Origin: a bacterium | GTDB taxonomy: Bacteria; Zhuqueibacterota; Zhuqueibacteria; Oceanimicrobiales; Oceanimicrobiaceae | Reading direction: 5' to 3' | NCBI GenBank assembly: GCA_046757165.1 | Contig: JBHHXT010000025.1 | Coordinates: 1-40,909, forward strand | Length of the DNA stretch: 40,909 bases | In this document: piece by piece, positions 8,718 to 18,497 of the stretch | Layout of the letters: each line of letters begins with the position of its first letter | Numbering within the stretch: the stretch's first letter is position 1 | Notes under the pieces: generated by a model | Databases searched by the model: none | Told to the model about the DNA's origin: nothing | The model's input: only the letters and a program-made list of their open reading frames with translations | Made by a program: the position numbers and the translations under genes

Positions 8718-9997
8718 AGCTGCTTGATCTCGATGTAGACATCCTTCTTGATGCTTGCGATAAACTTCTCGAACTCTTTGCGGCGCTTCAAGTCCAGGGC
8801 CCAGTTCTCGATTTGCTCCCAATCCTCCTGGATATCGAGCTGGCGTTCGTCACGTCGCTCTTGCACCTGGATGAGATGGTACCCAAAGCGCGTTTTGATC
8901 GGCTCAGAGATGTCACCCGGATTTAGACCAACGACCGCGGTTTTGAAGGCAGGAATTTGAAAGGCCTCCAGCTCGAACCAGCCTAAATCGCCATGCTTCG
9001 AAGATGAATCTTGATCCTTGGAGTGTTTCTCCACCGCCGCTTCGAAAGTCAATTCACCAGCACGGATCTGCTGCCTCAGAACGCGCAGCCATTCAACGGT
9101 TCTCGTCTCATCTTCCGGTGAAGTATCCACACGGAACAGAATGTGACGGGTGTGAATTTTCTCACCCACCCGCTCGACCAGTTGAATAATATGGAGACCA
9201 AACTGCGTTTGCACGATGTCAGAGATTTGACCGGGCTCCAGCGAGAATGCGACTTGCTCGAACTCTTTGACCATGTCGCCGCGCGCGGTTAGCCCGAGGT
9301 CCCCTCCTTTCGGTCCGGACGGGCCCTCGGAAAATTGTTTCGCGAGCTCCGAGAAGTCCTCCCCCTTTTGCAAGCGCTTCACCACTTCTTCGGCTTTCTC
9401 TCTGGCCGCGTTGATCGCCGTCTCGCTCGGCCGGACATTCACCAGGATGTGACGGATCTTGACCGCCTCTTTCAGCACCGGCAAGCTATCTCTGAAGGTT
9501 CTGTAAAACTCCTCCACCTCACGGCGCGAGATTTGCGTCTCAAAGCTCTTGATCTCACGCAGCCTTTGCACGAGCAGACGCTCTTCGACCTCTTGCCGAA
9601 ACTCTCTACGGATCTGCCGCAGGGGTGAGCCAAAGTAGTCCTCCACGCTTTTTTCTGAGCCGAGCTGTTGCACCATTTGTTGGATTTGCTGGTCGAGCAC
9701 GGCGTCCACCTGCCGCTCGTTGACCTCAACACTATCCTCCTTTGCTTTGACCAGAAGCGCCTTTTGTGTAATGAGATCGTCAAGCGTTTTCTGCATGATG
9801 TCGTTGAATTTTTCCGGTTCCTTCAGGGGGTCGACACCTGACTGAATCGCCAAACTGTAGGCAAATTGTTGCAGCTCCGATCGCAAGATAATCGTGTTAT
9901 CGACGACGGCCACGATTCTGTCCAAAACGTCTTGCGCGCGCAAACCCGCAACACACACCAGCAAGACGCCAAACAATCCTATCCATTTTCTAAGCAT
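8714..9997 (-). CDS. surA: SurA-type periplasmic chaperone / parvulin peptidyl-prolyl isomerase
   Basis: Signal peptide, DRIVAVVDNTIILRSEL N-domain, two parvulin domains (RHIL, GGDLG, FGLHIIQL, FGYHLIQV). Confidence 0.85.
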   Translation of the reverse strand: MLRKWIGLFGVLLVCVAGLRAQDVLDRIVAVVDNTIILRSELQQFAYSLAIQSGVDPLKEPEKFNDIMQKTLDDLITQKALLVKAKEDSVEVNERQVDAVLDQQIQQMVQQLGSEKSVEDYFGSPLRQIRREFRQEVEERLLVQRLREIKSFETQISRREVEEFYRTFRDSLPVLKEAVKIRHILVNVRPSETAINAAREKAEEVVKRLQKGEDFSELAKQFSEGPSGPKGGDLGLTARGDMVKEFEQVAFSLEPGQISDIVQTQFGLHIIQLVERVGEKIHTRHILFRVDTSPEDETRTVEWLRVLRQQIRAGELTFEAAVEKHSKDQDSSSKHGDLGWFELEAFQIPAFKTAVVGLNPGDISEPIKTRFGYHLIQVQERRDERQLDIQEDWEQIENWALDLKRRKEFEKFIASIKKDVYIEIKQL

Positions 9998-10002
9998 GCC
10001 GA

Positions 10003-10872
10003 TTACGCTCCTCGATAGAGTAGTGAGTCTAAGACTGCCGAATCCAACAGTTGAAAATTTGTCTGAATCTTGTATTTGCTCTTCATTTGGAGTAGGAAGC
10101 GTTGATACTTGTCCTGCTTTTTCTTTTCCTGCAACTTCATCCGGATTTCTTCTGTGACCGCGTCCAACTGCTTGATGTCCCCTTTTTTCTGCTTGTCAAC
10201 CACCTTGAAGACGTGGAATCCCAAATCGGATTTGACAGGAAACGAATAGGAGTTGACCGCCAATTTGAAAACGACCTTTGAGATCTCTGGAATGACGTCG
10301 CTTTTAGCAAAGTAGCCCCAATCCCAATCGAGATTTGCCAGAGTGTCCTCTCCCACTTCGCGCGCCACCTTCTCAAACGGTTCTCCGGCCTTCAACCGTT
10401 TGCGCACCTGATCGGCCTGCTTGCGCGTGCTAACCAGAATGTGGTAAGCATGGACCATGTCTGCGGGCAAAACAAACCCTTCTTTGTTCGCATCATAATA
10501 GGTTTGAATTTCTTGTTCTGAAACGGAGATATCCTTGTTCAGGGTTTGTTCTATCAACCTGTTGATGACCAGCTCTTTTTTCAGGTTCTCGAATTCTCGC
10601 CGCAATTCAGCGCTTTCGTGCAGTTTTTGGGTCATCGCTTCTTGATAGAGCACCTCTTCATTGATCCATTCGATGACAGACGCGCGTATTTCGATTGAGG
10701 AAAGATCGGACCGAACGTGCTCCGGCAGGTCCTCCAGGAGCTCGTTCAAGGTCAGGGCTTCGTCGCCAACCATGGCAATGATTTTTCCTTTCGCCTCCGG
10801 CTTCGTGCATGCAAGGGCTGTTGTGGTTAGCAGCAACAAGAATGCGAACCACCTCTCTTTATTTGCTCTCAA
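10003..10872 (-). CDS. Parvulin (PpiC/PrsA-like) peptidyl-prolyl isomerase lipoprotein
   Basis: Lipobox ALA-C; one parvulin domain (HILVS, GEPFEKVA, SDLGFHVFKV); AGGAGG RBS before TTG. Confidence 0.8.
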   Translation of the reverse strand: MRANKERWFAFLLLLTTTALACTKPEAKGKIIAMVGDEALTLNELLEDLPEHVRSDLSSIEIRASVIEWINEEVLYQEAMTQKLHESAELRREFENLKKELVINRLIEQTLNKDISVSEQEIQTYYDANKEGFVLPADMVHAYHILVSTRKQADQVRKRLKAGEPFEKVAREVGEDTLANLDWDWGYFAKSDVIPEISKVVFKLAVNSYSFPVKSDLGFHVFKVVDKQKKGDIKQLDAVTEEIRMKLQEKKKQDKYQRFLLQMKSKYKIQTNFQLLDSAVLDSLLYRGA

Positions 10873-10873
10873 T

Positions 10874-13800
10874 TCAAGCCTCCTGAGTTTCCTTTCCCAT
10901 AAAAGTGCTGATTGGGCGAACAGACGCCAGGCTTCTTAAGAACCCTTTGACAACAGAGAGTCCATCATCCTTCTCATCGGCAAGGCTCAATCGGATTCCT
11001 AACCCTTCGTTTTGAAAGAATTCAAATGGATGAGAGGCTTGTGCCACAATTGAACCCAACCATTTTTTAAAAGGTTCCCCCGTGTGTTTCATTAGTTCTG
11101 ACGAACAGACCGCGGTCATCTCTGTTGCTGAAATCGTGATTGTTTGCAGACCGATTTGCCGGCCGAGAATGCGAATGGCCAGAAAGTTCAGCAGGTTTGA
11201 AACCGGTCGCGGCAAACGGCCGAATCGGTCCTGCAGCTCCTGTGCCATTTCCTCGATCTCCTCTGTCTGCCGGGCATCGGTGAGACGTCGGTAGATGTCC
11301 ACGCGCTCAGGGCCAGACGCCACATACCGCTCCGGCAGGAAGGCATCGAAATCCATGTCGACCTGCGTTTCGATTTCGCGTTTCTTCTCGGTCTCGGGCA
11401 GCTTCTCGTCTTTGAGCTCGCGTACAGCCTCGTCAAGAATCTTATTGTACAGGTCAAAGCCAAGGGTATCGATGAACCCCGACTGTTCTGCCCCCAGCAG
11501 ATTGCCGGCCCCCCGAATTTCGAGATCGCGCAGGGCAAGCTGGCTGCCAGAGCCAATGTCCGAAAACTCCTCGATGGCCCGCAAACGTTTCATCGCCTCT
11601 TCGGTCAGTGTCTCGAGCGGCGGTATGATGAAGTAGGCATAGGCACGCTGGTAGGAGCGTCCCACACGGCCACGAAGCTGGTAAAGCTGAGCCAACCCTA
11701 GTTTATCGGCACGGTTGACGATTATTGTATTGACGTTCGGCATATCGAGGCCGGATTCGATGATCATGGTCGAAACCAGGATCTGGTACTTCTTGTCCAT
11801 AAAATCCACCATGACCTTTTCCAGCTCACGCTCGCTCATCTGGCCGTGCGCCACCGCCAGCCTTGCCCCCGGGATGAGCTCACTCACCATGTGTGCGGCA
11901 CGATCGATGGAGCGCACGCGGTTGTGGACGAAAAAGACCTGGCCATCCCGGTCCAGCTCGCGCACGATAACCTGGCGAATGTACGGCTTGTTGAACGGCA
12001 GAATCTCAGTCATGATGGGCAGCCGGTCTTTCGGCGGCGTATTGATATGTGTCATGTCGCGTGCGCCCATCAGTGAAAACTGCAGCGTGCGCGGAATCGG
12101 TGTGGCCGTGAGCGTCAGCACATCAATCGTCGTTCGCATCTTCTTCAGCTTTTCTTTGTGGGTGACGCCAAACCGGTGCTCTTCATCCACCACCAGCAAG
12201 CCAAACTCTTTAAAGTGCACATCTTTTGACAGCAACCTGTGTGTCCCGATCAGAATGTCCACTTCGCCTGATTTTAGTCTCTCGAGAATCTTCTTCTGCT
12301 CCGGCCGGGTGCGGAAGCGCGAAAGCATCTCGACTTCTACCGGGAAATTCCCCAAACGTTCTCTGAATGTGTTGTAGTGCTGATAAGCCAGAATCGTGGT
12401 CGGCACCAGGATCGCAACTTGTGTGCCAGCCAGCACTGCCTTGAACGCGGCGCGCACCGCGATCTCTGTTTTGCCAAACCCGACGTCGCCGCAGATGAGG
12501 CGGTCCATGGGGCGAGGGCTCTCCATGTCTTTCTTGACATCCAGCGTCGCGGTCACCTGGTCCGGTGTATCCTCATAAGGAAACGAGGCCTCCAGCTCGC
12601 GCTGCCAAAGCGTGTCATCGGAAAAAGCGAAGCCGGGCTGCGACTTGCGTTTAGCATATATGTCGATCAGATCTTTCGCGATGTCTTTGATCTTCTTTTT
12701 TGTACGAGCTTTCAGGCGTTGCCACTCTGGCGACCCCAGTTTACTCAACTGCGGCACGGCCCCATCTTTGGATGAATATTTATTCACCCTGTCCATGCGT
12801 TCAACCCTGACATAGACCATATCGCGATCCCGGTATTCAATCTGCAAGCACTCACGCTCGTGGCCTTGAACCGTGATCTTCTTCAGGCCCCGGAAGATGC
12901 CGATGCCAAAATCCACATGGACAACGTAGTCGCCCAGATTGAGATGTTTCAACTGTTTCGGGGTCAGTCCCTTGTACTGCTTCTTCGGCAGCCGCAGCCG
13001 TTTGGAACGGCCGTAAAACTGATGATCGGTGAACAGGATGATATTACCGGCGGGAAAGACGAAGCCCGTGTGCAATTCGATTGGCGCAATGGTCAGATCG
13101 GGGAAATCGATCTCCTCGTCACTGAAAATCTCTTGAAGTCGCCGGGTCTGGCTGTCGCTGTCACAGCTATAATAGACCGATGGCAGGGTTTGTTCGGCGA
13201 GTTTGCCATCCTTGAGGCCGTCCAGAAACGACTTGAAGGATTTAAGATCTCCCCTGAATCCTTCCGGATTTTTGGCATGGAAGTCTATCAGGTTCGAGTA
13301 CTGCTGGCCAATTGAGACCAATCTTACTTGTTTGAACGGTGCGCAGGTTTTTTCGATGACGGGCCAGATTTCATCATCTTCGTCCGTGTCCCCTGCGACC
13401 ATCTCCTCGAGGTTCTTCTTGATTCGTTCAGGCTCATCCAGCAAAAGCACAGCATTGTCGTTCAAGTAAGCCAGCAAGCTCGCTTTTGGAGCAGGCGAAT
13501 CATCGTGCGCGATTGGCTCCATTTCTTGTGGATAGAGCTGGACTGCAGTCAGGCTCCTGGTCGACCGTTGCGTTTCCGCATCGAATCTGCGGATCGACTC
13601 GACGCTATCGCCCCAGAACTCAATTCTGACCGGCTCCCCGGCCGACATCGGAAAGACGTCGATGATGCCGCCGCGGACACACATCTCGCCGGGATGCTCA
13701 ACACGGGTCTCGCGCACAAAACCCAGCTCCTCGATCAAATGGGTGACAAGCCATTCAAACTCCACTGTGTCGTTGACGCGAACCGCCACTTTTTGCTTCA

Positions 13801-14218
13801 GGAACTTATTCGGGGCGGGCAACCGGCGCAGGAGGCCCGAGCTGTGGGCAACAACAATCTTCGAAGCCTTCTCTGATAACGCTTCCAGAGTCAAGAGCCG
13901 TGCCCCCAGAGACTCAAAGTTGTAGTGCTCAAAGCCAGCGCCGAAGAAGACGGTCGCTGGAAAATAGCACACATTCTTCTCGCCGACAAGCTGTTCAGCT
14001 TCCTCTTTGATCTCCTCTGCCTCCTCCGCATGAGCGCAAAGGTAGACGATCTGGGCAGGGCGCTTGCGGAAGAGATCCACCAGCAGGAGCGACTTCAAAG
14101 CCCCCAGGGCGCCTTTGACATGAATGACGTCTTCCTGGCACAGAAGCTCGTTTGTCCTCCTGAAAGGCTGCGAGCTCGTGACACTTTCGATGAGTCGCTT
14201 TGTCGCCGGTTTGTTCAT
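10874..14218 (-). CDS. mfd: Transcription-repair coupling factor
   Basis: UvrB-like N-terminus (VRGGIIDVFP), RID (GDYVVHVDFGIG), GDVGFGKTE, DEEHRFGV, TATPIPRTL, QLRGRVGRS, C-terminal TRCF domain. Confidence 0.97.
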   Translation of the reverse strand: MNKPATKRLIESVTSSQPFRRTNELLCQEDVIHVKGALGALKSLLLVDLFRKRPAQIVYLCAHAEEAEEIKEEAEQLVGEKNVCYFPATVFFGAGFEHYNFESLGARLLTLEALSEKASKIVVAHSSGLLRRLPAPNKFLKQKVAVRVNDTVEFEWLVTHLIEELGFVRETRVEHPGEMCVRGGIIDVFPMSAGEPVRIEFWGDSVESIRRFDAETQRSTRSLTAVQLYPQEMEPIAHDDSPAPKASLLAYLNDNAVLLLDEPERIKKNLEEMVAGDTDEDDEIWPVIEKTCAPFKQVRLVSIGQQYSNLIDFHAKNPEGFRGDLKSFKSFLDGLKDGKLAEQTLPSVYYSCDSDSQTRRLQEIFSDEEIDFPDLTIAPIELHTGFVFPAGNIILFTDHQFYGRSKRLRLPKKQYKGLTPKQLKHLNLGDYVVHVDFGIGIFRGLKKITVQGHERECLQIEYRDRDMVYVRVERMDRVNKYSSKDGAVPQLSKLGSPEWQRLKARTKKKIKDIAKDLIDIYAKRKSQPGFAFSDDTLWQRELEASFPYEDTPDQVTATLDVKKDMESPRPMDRLICGDVGFGKTEIAVRAAFKAVLAGTQVAILVPTTILAYQHYNTFRERLGNFPVEVEMLSRFRTRPEQKKILERLKSGEVDILIGTHRLLSKDVHFKEFGLLVVDEEHRFGVTHKEKLKKMRTTIDVLTLTATPIPRTLQFSLMGARDMTHINTPPKDRLPIMTEILPFNKPYIRQVIVRELDRDGQVFFVHNRVRSIDRAAHMVSELIPGARLAVAHGQMSERELEKVMVDFMDKKYQILVSTMIIESGLDMPNVNTIIVNRADKLGLAQLYQLRGRVGRSYQRAYAYFIIPPLETLTEEAMKRLRAIEEFSDIGSGSQLALRDLEIRGAGNLLGAEQSGFIDTLGFDLYNKILDEAVRELKDEKLPETEKKREIETQVDMDFDAFLPERYVASGPERVDIYRRLTDARQTEEIEEMAQELQDRFGRLPRPVSNLLNFLAIRILGRQIGLQTITISATEMTAVCSSELMKHTGEPFKKWLGSIVAQASHPFEFFQNEGLGIRLSLADEKDDGLSVVKGFLRSLASVRPISTFMGKETQEA

Positions 14219-14319
14219 TTAGCTTTTTGTGACTGAATCAACTTGCCGTTTTCTGAAAGCCGGGGTTTACCCCCTTTCGCTCCTGCTGTCAACACTGGAG
14301 TCGACCACACGAAGCCCCA

Positions 14320-14979
14320 TCAGAACGAAACAACAACCACCCTCAGCTTGTCACACTCCGCCCATCCGCCTGGAAATTGCCGAACATCAATTTGCACTCT
14401 CGAATTCGCTTCGACCAGGCTCTCGATCTCCGCCTCCAGATTGGACCCCTTCACCGCCAGCAACTTCCCTCCCGGCCGCACAAGGGGGCGAGACCAATGG
14501 CTCAATCTGGAGAGTTTTGCCACAGCGCGGCATACGACCAGGTCGCTTCTGGCCTGAAACTCGGGCTGTTGCCCCAGGACCTCCGCCCGTTCGCCCACGA
14601 CGGTGACATTTTCCAGGGCCAGCTCCGCCACCAAATGCATCAGGAAGAGCACCTTCCAGCGCCTGGAATCCACCAGCATCATTTTCAATCGCGGACGAAC
14701 GATTGCGAGTGGCATGCCGGGAAAGCCGCCGCCGCTGCCCAAATCGAGCACCGAACCCTCTTCATTGAACTCCGGGAGCAAAGACAATACGGCTGACTCC
14801 AAAAAGTGTCTGTGAAGGACGCGGCTCACATCCTTCTTGGAAATCAAGCTTGCTCTGAGATTCCACTTCAGCAGCTCGGCATGATAGAGCTGGAACTGCT
14901 CTATTTGCTTCCCAGAAAGAGAAAGACCTGCCGCATGAAACGTGAGCGCAGTTTCTTCTCCGTCAAGCTCCAACATCAT
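14320..14979 (-). CDS. rsmG: 16S rRNA m7G527 methyltransferase RsmG/GidB
   Basis: LLKWN, RHFLES, LDLGSGGGFPG, RAE, CRAVA; directly downstream of mnmG. Confidence 0.93.
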   Translation of the reverse strand: MMLELDGEETALTFHAAGLSLSGKQIEQFQLYHAELLKWNLRASLISKKDVSRVLHRHFLESAVLSLLPEFNEEGSVLDLGSGGGFPGMPLAIVRPRLKMMLVDSRRWKVLFLMHLVAELALENVTVVGERAEVLGQQPEFQARSDLVVCRAVAKLSRLSHWSRPLVRPGGKLLAVKGSNLEAEIESLVEANSRVQIDVRQFPGGWAECDKLRVVVVSF

Positions 14980-16901
14980 CGCGGCGATGTTTCACGTGAA
15001 ACATTCTTCTCTCGCGGCCGGCCAAGATGAATCAGCAGTATCGACAGATCTGCTGGCGACACGCCAGAAATGCGGGCGGCTTGCCCGATGGTTCCGGGGT
15101 GAATCCGACTCAGTTTCTCGCGCGCCTCCGTTGACAACGCCTCAAGCCCGGCAAAATCAAATCCCTTTGGAATCGGTCTGGCGTCGAGCTTGCGCAACCG
15201 TTCGGCTGTCTCGTTCTGACGTCGAATGAACCCCTCGTATTTGATCTCTATCTCCACCTGCTCCCGCACCCGGTTCCAGGAATCATCGTGCCAGTGGTTG
15301 AAAACATCCAGCCGATTGAACTCCCGCAGATGGTCGAGCTTCACCTCCGGGCGCTTGAGCAGATTGTAGAGCGAATCCTTCTCTTCGATCTCAGAAGACC
15401 CAACCCGCGCCAGGATGGAATTGATCTCTTCGGGTCGCACTTTCAGGTGTTTCAGTGCGTGCAGCGATTCACTGATTCGACCCCGTTTGAGCTGCAGCTT
15501 GTGGTAATCTTCAGGGGAGATCAGGCCAAACCCATGCCCGAAATCCATTAACCGAAGATCCGCATTATCCTGCCGCAGGATGAGCCGGTGCTCTGCTCTC
15601 GAGGTGAACATGCGATACGGCTCAATGGTGCCCTTTGAGACCAGGTCGTCGATCAGGACGCCGACATACGCCTGTGAGCGGCTGAGCACAAATGGCGCCG
15701 CCGCTCGAATTTTGAGCACCGCGTTGACCCCTGCCATGAATCCCTGGCAAGCCGCCTCCTCATAGCCGGTCGTGCCGTTGATCTGTCCGGCGAAAAAGAG
15801 GTTCTCAATCCGCTTCGTTTCCAGATTCGGATACAGTTGTGTCGGCGAAAAGAAATCGTACTCGACCGCGTAGCCAAAGCGGGTCACGTTGACCGCCTCC
15901 AACCCGGGCACCGTTCGAATGCCTTCGAGTTGTATCTCCTCGGGCAAACTGGTGGAGAAGCCGTTGACGTAGTACTCGGTTGTATTCCTGCCCTCTGGCT
16001 CCAAAAAGATCTGGTGCCGGTCTCGGCCGGAAAAGCGGTGAATCTTGTCCTCGATCGAGGGACAGTAGCGCGGCCCCACTCCCTTGATTCGATCCGTAAA
16101 CATCGGAGAACGATCAAAGCCTTTTTCCAGCGTCTTGTGCGTGGTCACATTTGTGTATGTCAGATAGCACGGGAGCTGCTCGAGCTCCAGCCGCTGGTGG
16201 CGGAAGGAAAAAGGCATGGGTTCATCGTCACCAGGCTGAATTTCGGTTTTGGAAAAATCGAGGGTGGTGCCGTCCACTCGCGGCGGCGTTCCTGTTTTCA
16301 GGCGTCCGGACTCGAATCCCAACGACACCAGGCATTCCGTCAGGCCCCGCGCCGAAAATTCGCCCGCACGACCGGCGGCGTATTGCACCTCGCCAACATG
16401 GATAACGCCGTTGAGAAAGGTCCCGGCTGTCAGCACCACCGAGCGCGTTTCGACCACGCTGCCGGACTCGGTTTGCACACCGACAACTTGGTCGCCTTTG
16501 ATTTTGAAAGCCACGGCCATGCCCTGACGCAAGTCGAGGCTGGCCTGATTCTCACACGCTTGCCGCACGCGTTGAGCATACAACTCGCGGTCGCACTGAG
16601 CACGGGGGGACCACACGGCTGGCCCCTTGGAGCGATTCAACATGCGGAATTGGATGCCAGCACGGTCCGTCACCATGCCCATCTCGCCTCCCATGGCGTC
16701 AATTTCCTTGACCAGTTGCCCTTTTGCTAGTCCTCCAATGGCCGGGTTGCAGGACATCTGTCCGACGGTAAAGATGTTCATGGTCAGGAGCATGGTTCTG
16801 GCGCCCATGCGCGCCGCAGCCAGGGCGGCTTCTGTGCCGGCGTGGCCGGCGCCCACGACGACCACATCATAAAGATCTTCCGCGCGCTTCGTTGTGCTCA
16901 T
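14976..16901 (-). CDS. mnmG: tRNA uridine 5-carboxymethylaminomethyl modification enzyme MnmG/GidA
   Basis: GAGHAG, MSCNPAIGG, RLKTGTPPR, GPRYCPSIEDK, GQINGTTGYEEAA; start moved to ATG 16901 because the ORF-track N-terminus MFHVKH is the parS site. Confidence 0.96.
   Translation of the reverse strand: MSTTKRAEDLYDVVVVGAGHAGTEAALAAARMGARTMLLTMNIFTVGQMSCNPAIGGLAKGQLVKEIDAMGGEMGMVTDRAGIQFRMLNRSKGPAVWSPRAQCDRELYAQRVRQACENQASLDLRQGMAVAFKIKGDQVVGVQTESGSVVETRSVVLTAGTFLNGVIHVGEVQYAAGRAGEFSARGLTECLVSLGFESGRLKTGTPPRVDGTTLDFSKTEIQPGDDEPMPFSFRHQRLELEQLPCYLTYTNVTTHKTLEKGFDRSPMFTDRIKGVGPRYCPSIEDKIHRFSGRDRHQIFLEPEGRNTTEYYVNGFSTSLPEEIQLEGIRTVPGLEAVNVTRFGYAVEYDFFSPTQLYPNLETKRIENLFFAGQINGTTGYEEAACQGFMAGVNAVLKIRAAAPFVLSRSQAYVGVLIDDLVSKGTIEPYRMFTSRAEHRLILRQDNADLRLMDFGHGFGLISPEDYHKLQLKRGRISESLHALKHLKVRPEEINSILARVGSSEIEEKDSLYNLLKRPEVKLDHLREFNRLDVFNHWHDDSWNRVREQVEIEIKYEGFIRRQNETAERLRKLDARPIPKGFDFAGLEALSTEAREKLSRIHPGTIGQAARISGVSPADLSILLIHLGRPREKNVSRETSPR
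14987..15004. promoter_or_regulatory. parS centromere-like site
   Basis: ATGTTTCACGTGAAACAT, perfect palindrome matching the parS consensus TGTTNCACGTGAAACA, within the mnmG 3' end. Confidence 0.93.
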
Positions 16902-16931
16902 GAGGAACGAACCAACCTCCCTATCCTGGAT

Positions 16932-16955
16932 GCCATGTTTCACGTGAAACATGGC
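16932..16955. promoter_or_regulatory. parS centromere-like site
   Basis: GCCATGTTTCACGTGAAACATGGC, perfect 24-bp palindrome with the parS core at 16936-16951, between mnmE and mnmG. Confidence 0.93.
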
Positions 16956-16956
16956 G

Positions 16957-18387
16957 CTACTTACCGATGCAGAACTTTGAAAAAATGTTGCTCAAAATGT
17001 CCTCGGTGGTGACTTCGCCGATGATTTCGCCCAGAGAATGCAAGGCCTCGCGCAAATCGAGAGCCACAAACTCGCCGGAAAGCTGTCCACCTAACGATTC
17101 CAGCGCATGATGCAACGCCACAAGGGCGCGTTCCAGTGCCTGCTTCTGGCGCAGATTTCCAACCATGGGCTCCGATACCGACACGCCCTCGGTTCCGAGC
17201 GCAGCCTGCACGAGAGCCTGTTCAAGCCCCTTGAGTCCCAAATGCTCCTTGGCTGAGATTTCGACGATCTCATCCGTGCGAACAAGTTCGGCCGCGGCCT
17301 GCCGAGTCAACTTCGTCTCCAGATCTCTCTTGTTGATCGCAACCAGCACCGCTTTGCCATTTGTTTCCGGACGGAGTGACCGTACATGTTCCGCCAACAT
17401 CCGATCCTCCTGGTCCAGAGGCTGAGAGCCGTCCAGCAGGATCAAAATGATGTCCGCCTCGCTGGTCTGGCGGTAGGTCCGCTGCACACCCTCCAGCTCA
17501 ATCGAATCCCGGGTCTCGCGTACCCCGGCGGTATCGACAACACGGAAAAAAACGCCGCGGATATCCAACTGCTCCTCGAGCGTGTCCCGGGTGGTGCCGG
17601 GGACTTCTGTGACGATGGCTCTCTCCTCCTTGAGAAAGGCATTGAGCAAACTGGATTTACCAACGTTTGGTTTCCCGAGAATCACCACCTTTGCGCCCTC
17701 GCGCAATATCTGGCAGCGGTCGTACGTGTCCAGGAACTGCTCGATGTCCGAGATGATCCGCCTCAGCCGTGCCTCGACTTCTTCTTTGTTGGCAAACTCG
17801 ATATCCTCCTCTGCAAAATCCAACTCCAACTCCAGCAGCGAACAAATCTCGACCAGATCCTGCCGCATTTGTTTCACCTGCTTTGAAAGGACGCCCTGGA
17901 ACTGCGCCATGGCGCTCTTCAGGCTGGCTTCGGTTTTCGCCCGGATCAGGTCTGCTACCGCCTCGGCCTGGGCCAGGTCCAGCCGGCCGTTCAAGAACGC
18001 CCGCTGCGTAAACTCTCCTGCCTCAGCCAGTCGAGCCCCGTTGAGCAGAATCAGCTCCAGGATTCGAAAGCTGAGAAAGCGGCCCCCATGGCAACTAATC
18101 TCGACCACATCCTCCTTCGTGTAGGAATGTGGCGCTCTGAACACCGTGACCACCGACTGGTCGAGCACGTTTTCTTCCACCGGAACAGCATCCCGTTCCC
18201 GCGAGCTGTGGTCTACGATCTTGCCCAGATATGCCTTGTGTGAAACCGCCTCGCGCAAACGCTGGCTGCCAACAAAGACGCTGTCTGCGATGGCGATGGC
18301 ACCACCACCGCTGATTCGAATCACAGCAATCCCCCCGGAGCCTGGCGGGGTGGAGACGGCAGCAATTGTGTCCTCAATACCAGTCAT
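16957..18387 (-). CDS. mnmE: tRNA modification GTPase MnmE/TrmE
   Basis: DTIAAVSTPPG, GKPNVGKSSL, GTTRD, DTAG, NKRD, C-terminal FCIGK. Confidence 0.97.
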   Translation of the reverse strand: MTGIEDTIAAVSTPPGSGGIAVIRISGGGAIAIADSVFVGSQRLREAVSHKAYLGKIVDHSSRERDAVPVEENVLDQSVVTVFRAPHSYTKEDVVEISCHGGRFLSFRILELILLNGARLAEAGEFTQRAFLNGRLDLAQAEAVADLIRAKTEASLKSAMAQFQGVLSKQVKQMRQDLVEICSLLELELDFAEEDIEFANKEEVEARLRRIISDIEQFLDTYDRCQILREGAKVVILGKPNVGKSSLLNAFLKEERAIVTEVPGTTRDTLEEQLDIRGVFFRVVDTAGVRETRDSIELEGVQRTYRQTSEADIILILLDGSQPLDQEDRMLAEHVRSLRPETNGKAVLVAINKRDLETKLTRQAAAELVRTDEIVEISAKEHLGLKGLEQALVQAALGTEGVSVSEPMVGNLRQKQALERALVALHHALESLGGQLSGEFVALDLREALHSLGEIIGEVTTEDILSNIFSKFCIGK

Positions 18388-18392
18388 TCCCT

Positions 18393-18422
18393 AATAAACA
18401 AGCCCCACAAAACGCAGGGCTT
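18393..18422 (-). terminator. Possible intrinsic terminator/hairpin between yidC and mnmE
   Basis: Minus strand AAGCCCTGC-GTTTT-GTGGGGCTT stem (with G-U pairs) followed by GTTTATT. Confidence 0.45.
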
Positions 18423-18497
18423 CTCACAATTCTTTACGGCTATAGTTTGGCTGCACGCCGCTCGCAGCAGCGGGCACGAAAGCGGCTGCATTCTTTT

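Noticed and set aside
16902..16952. mnmG N-terminal extension MFHVKH...
   Set aside because: The ATG is part of the parS palindrome; recognisable MnmG sequence starts after ATG 16901
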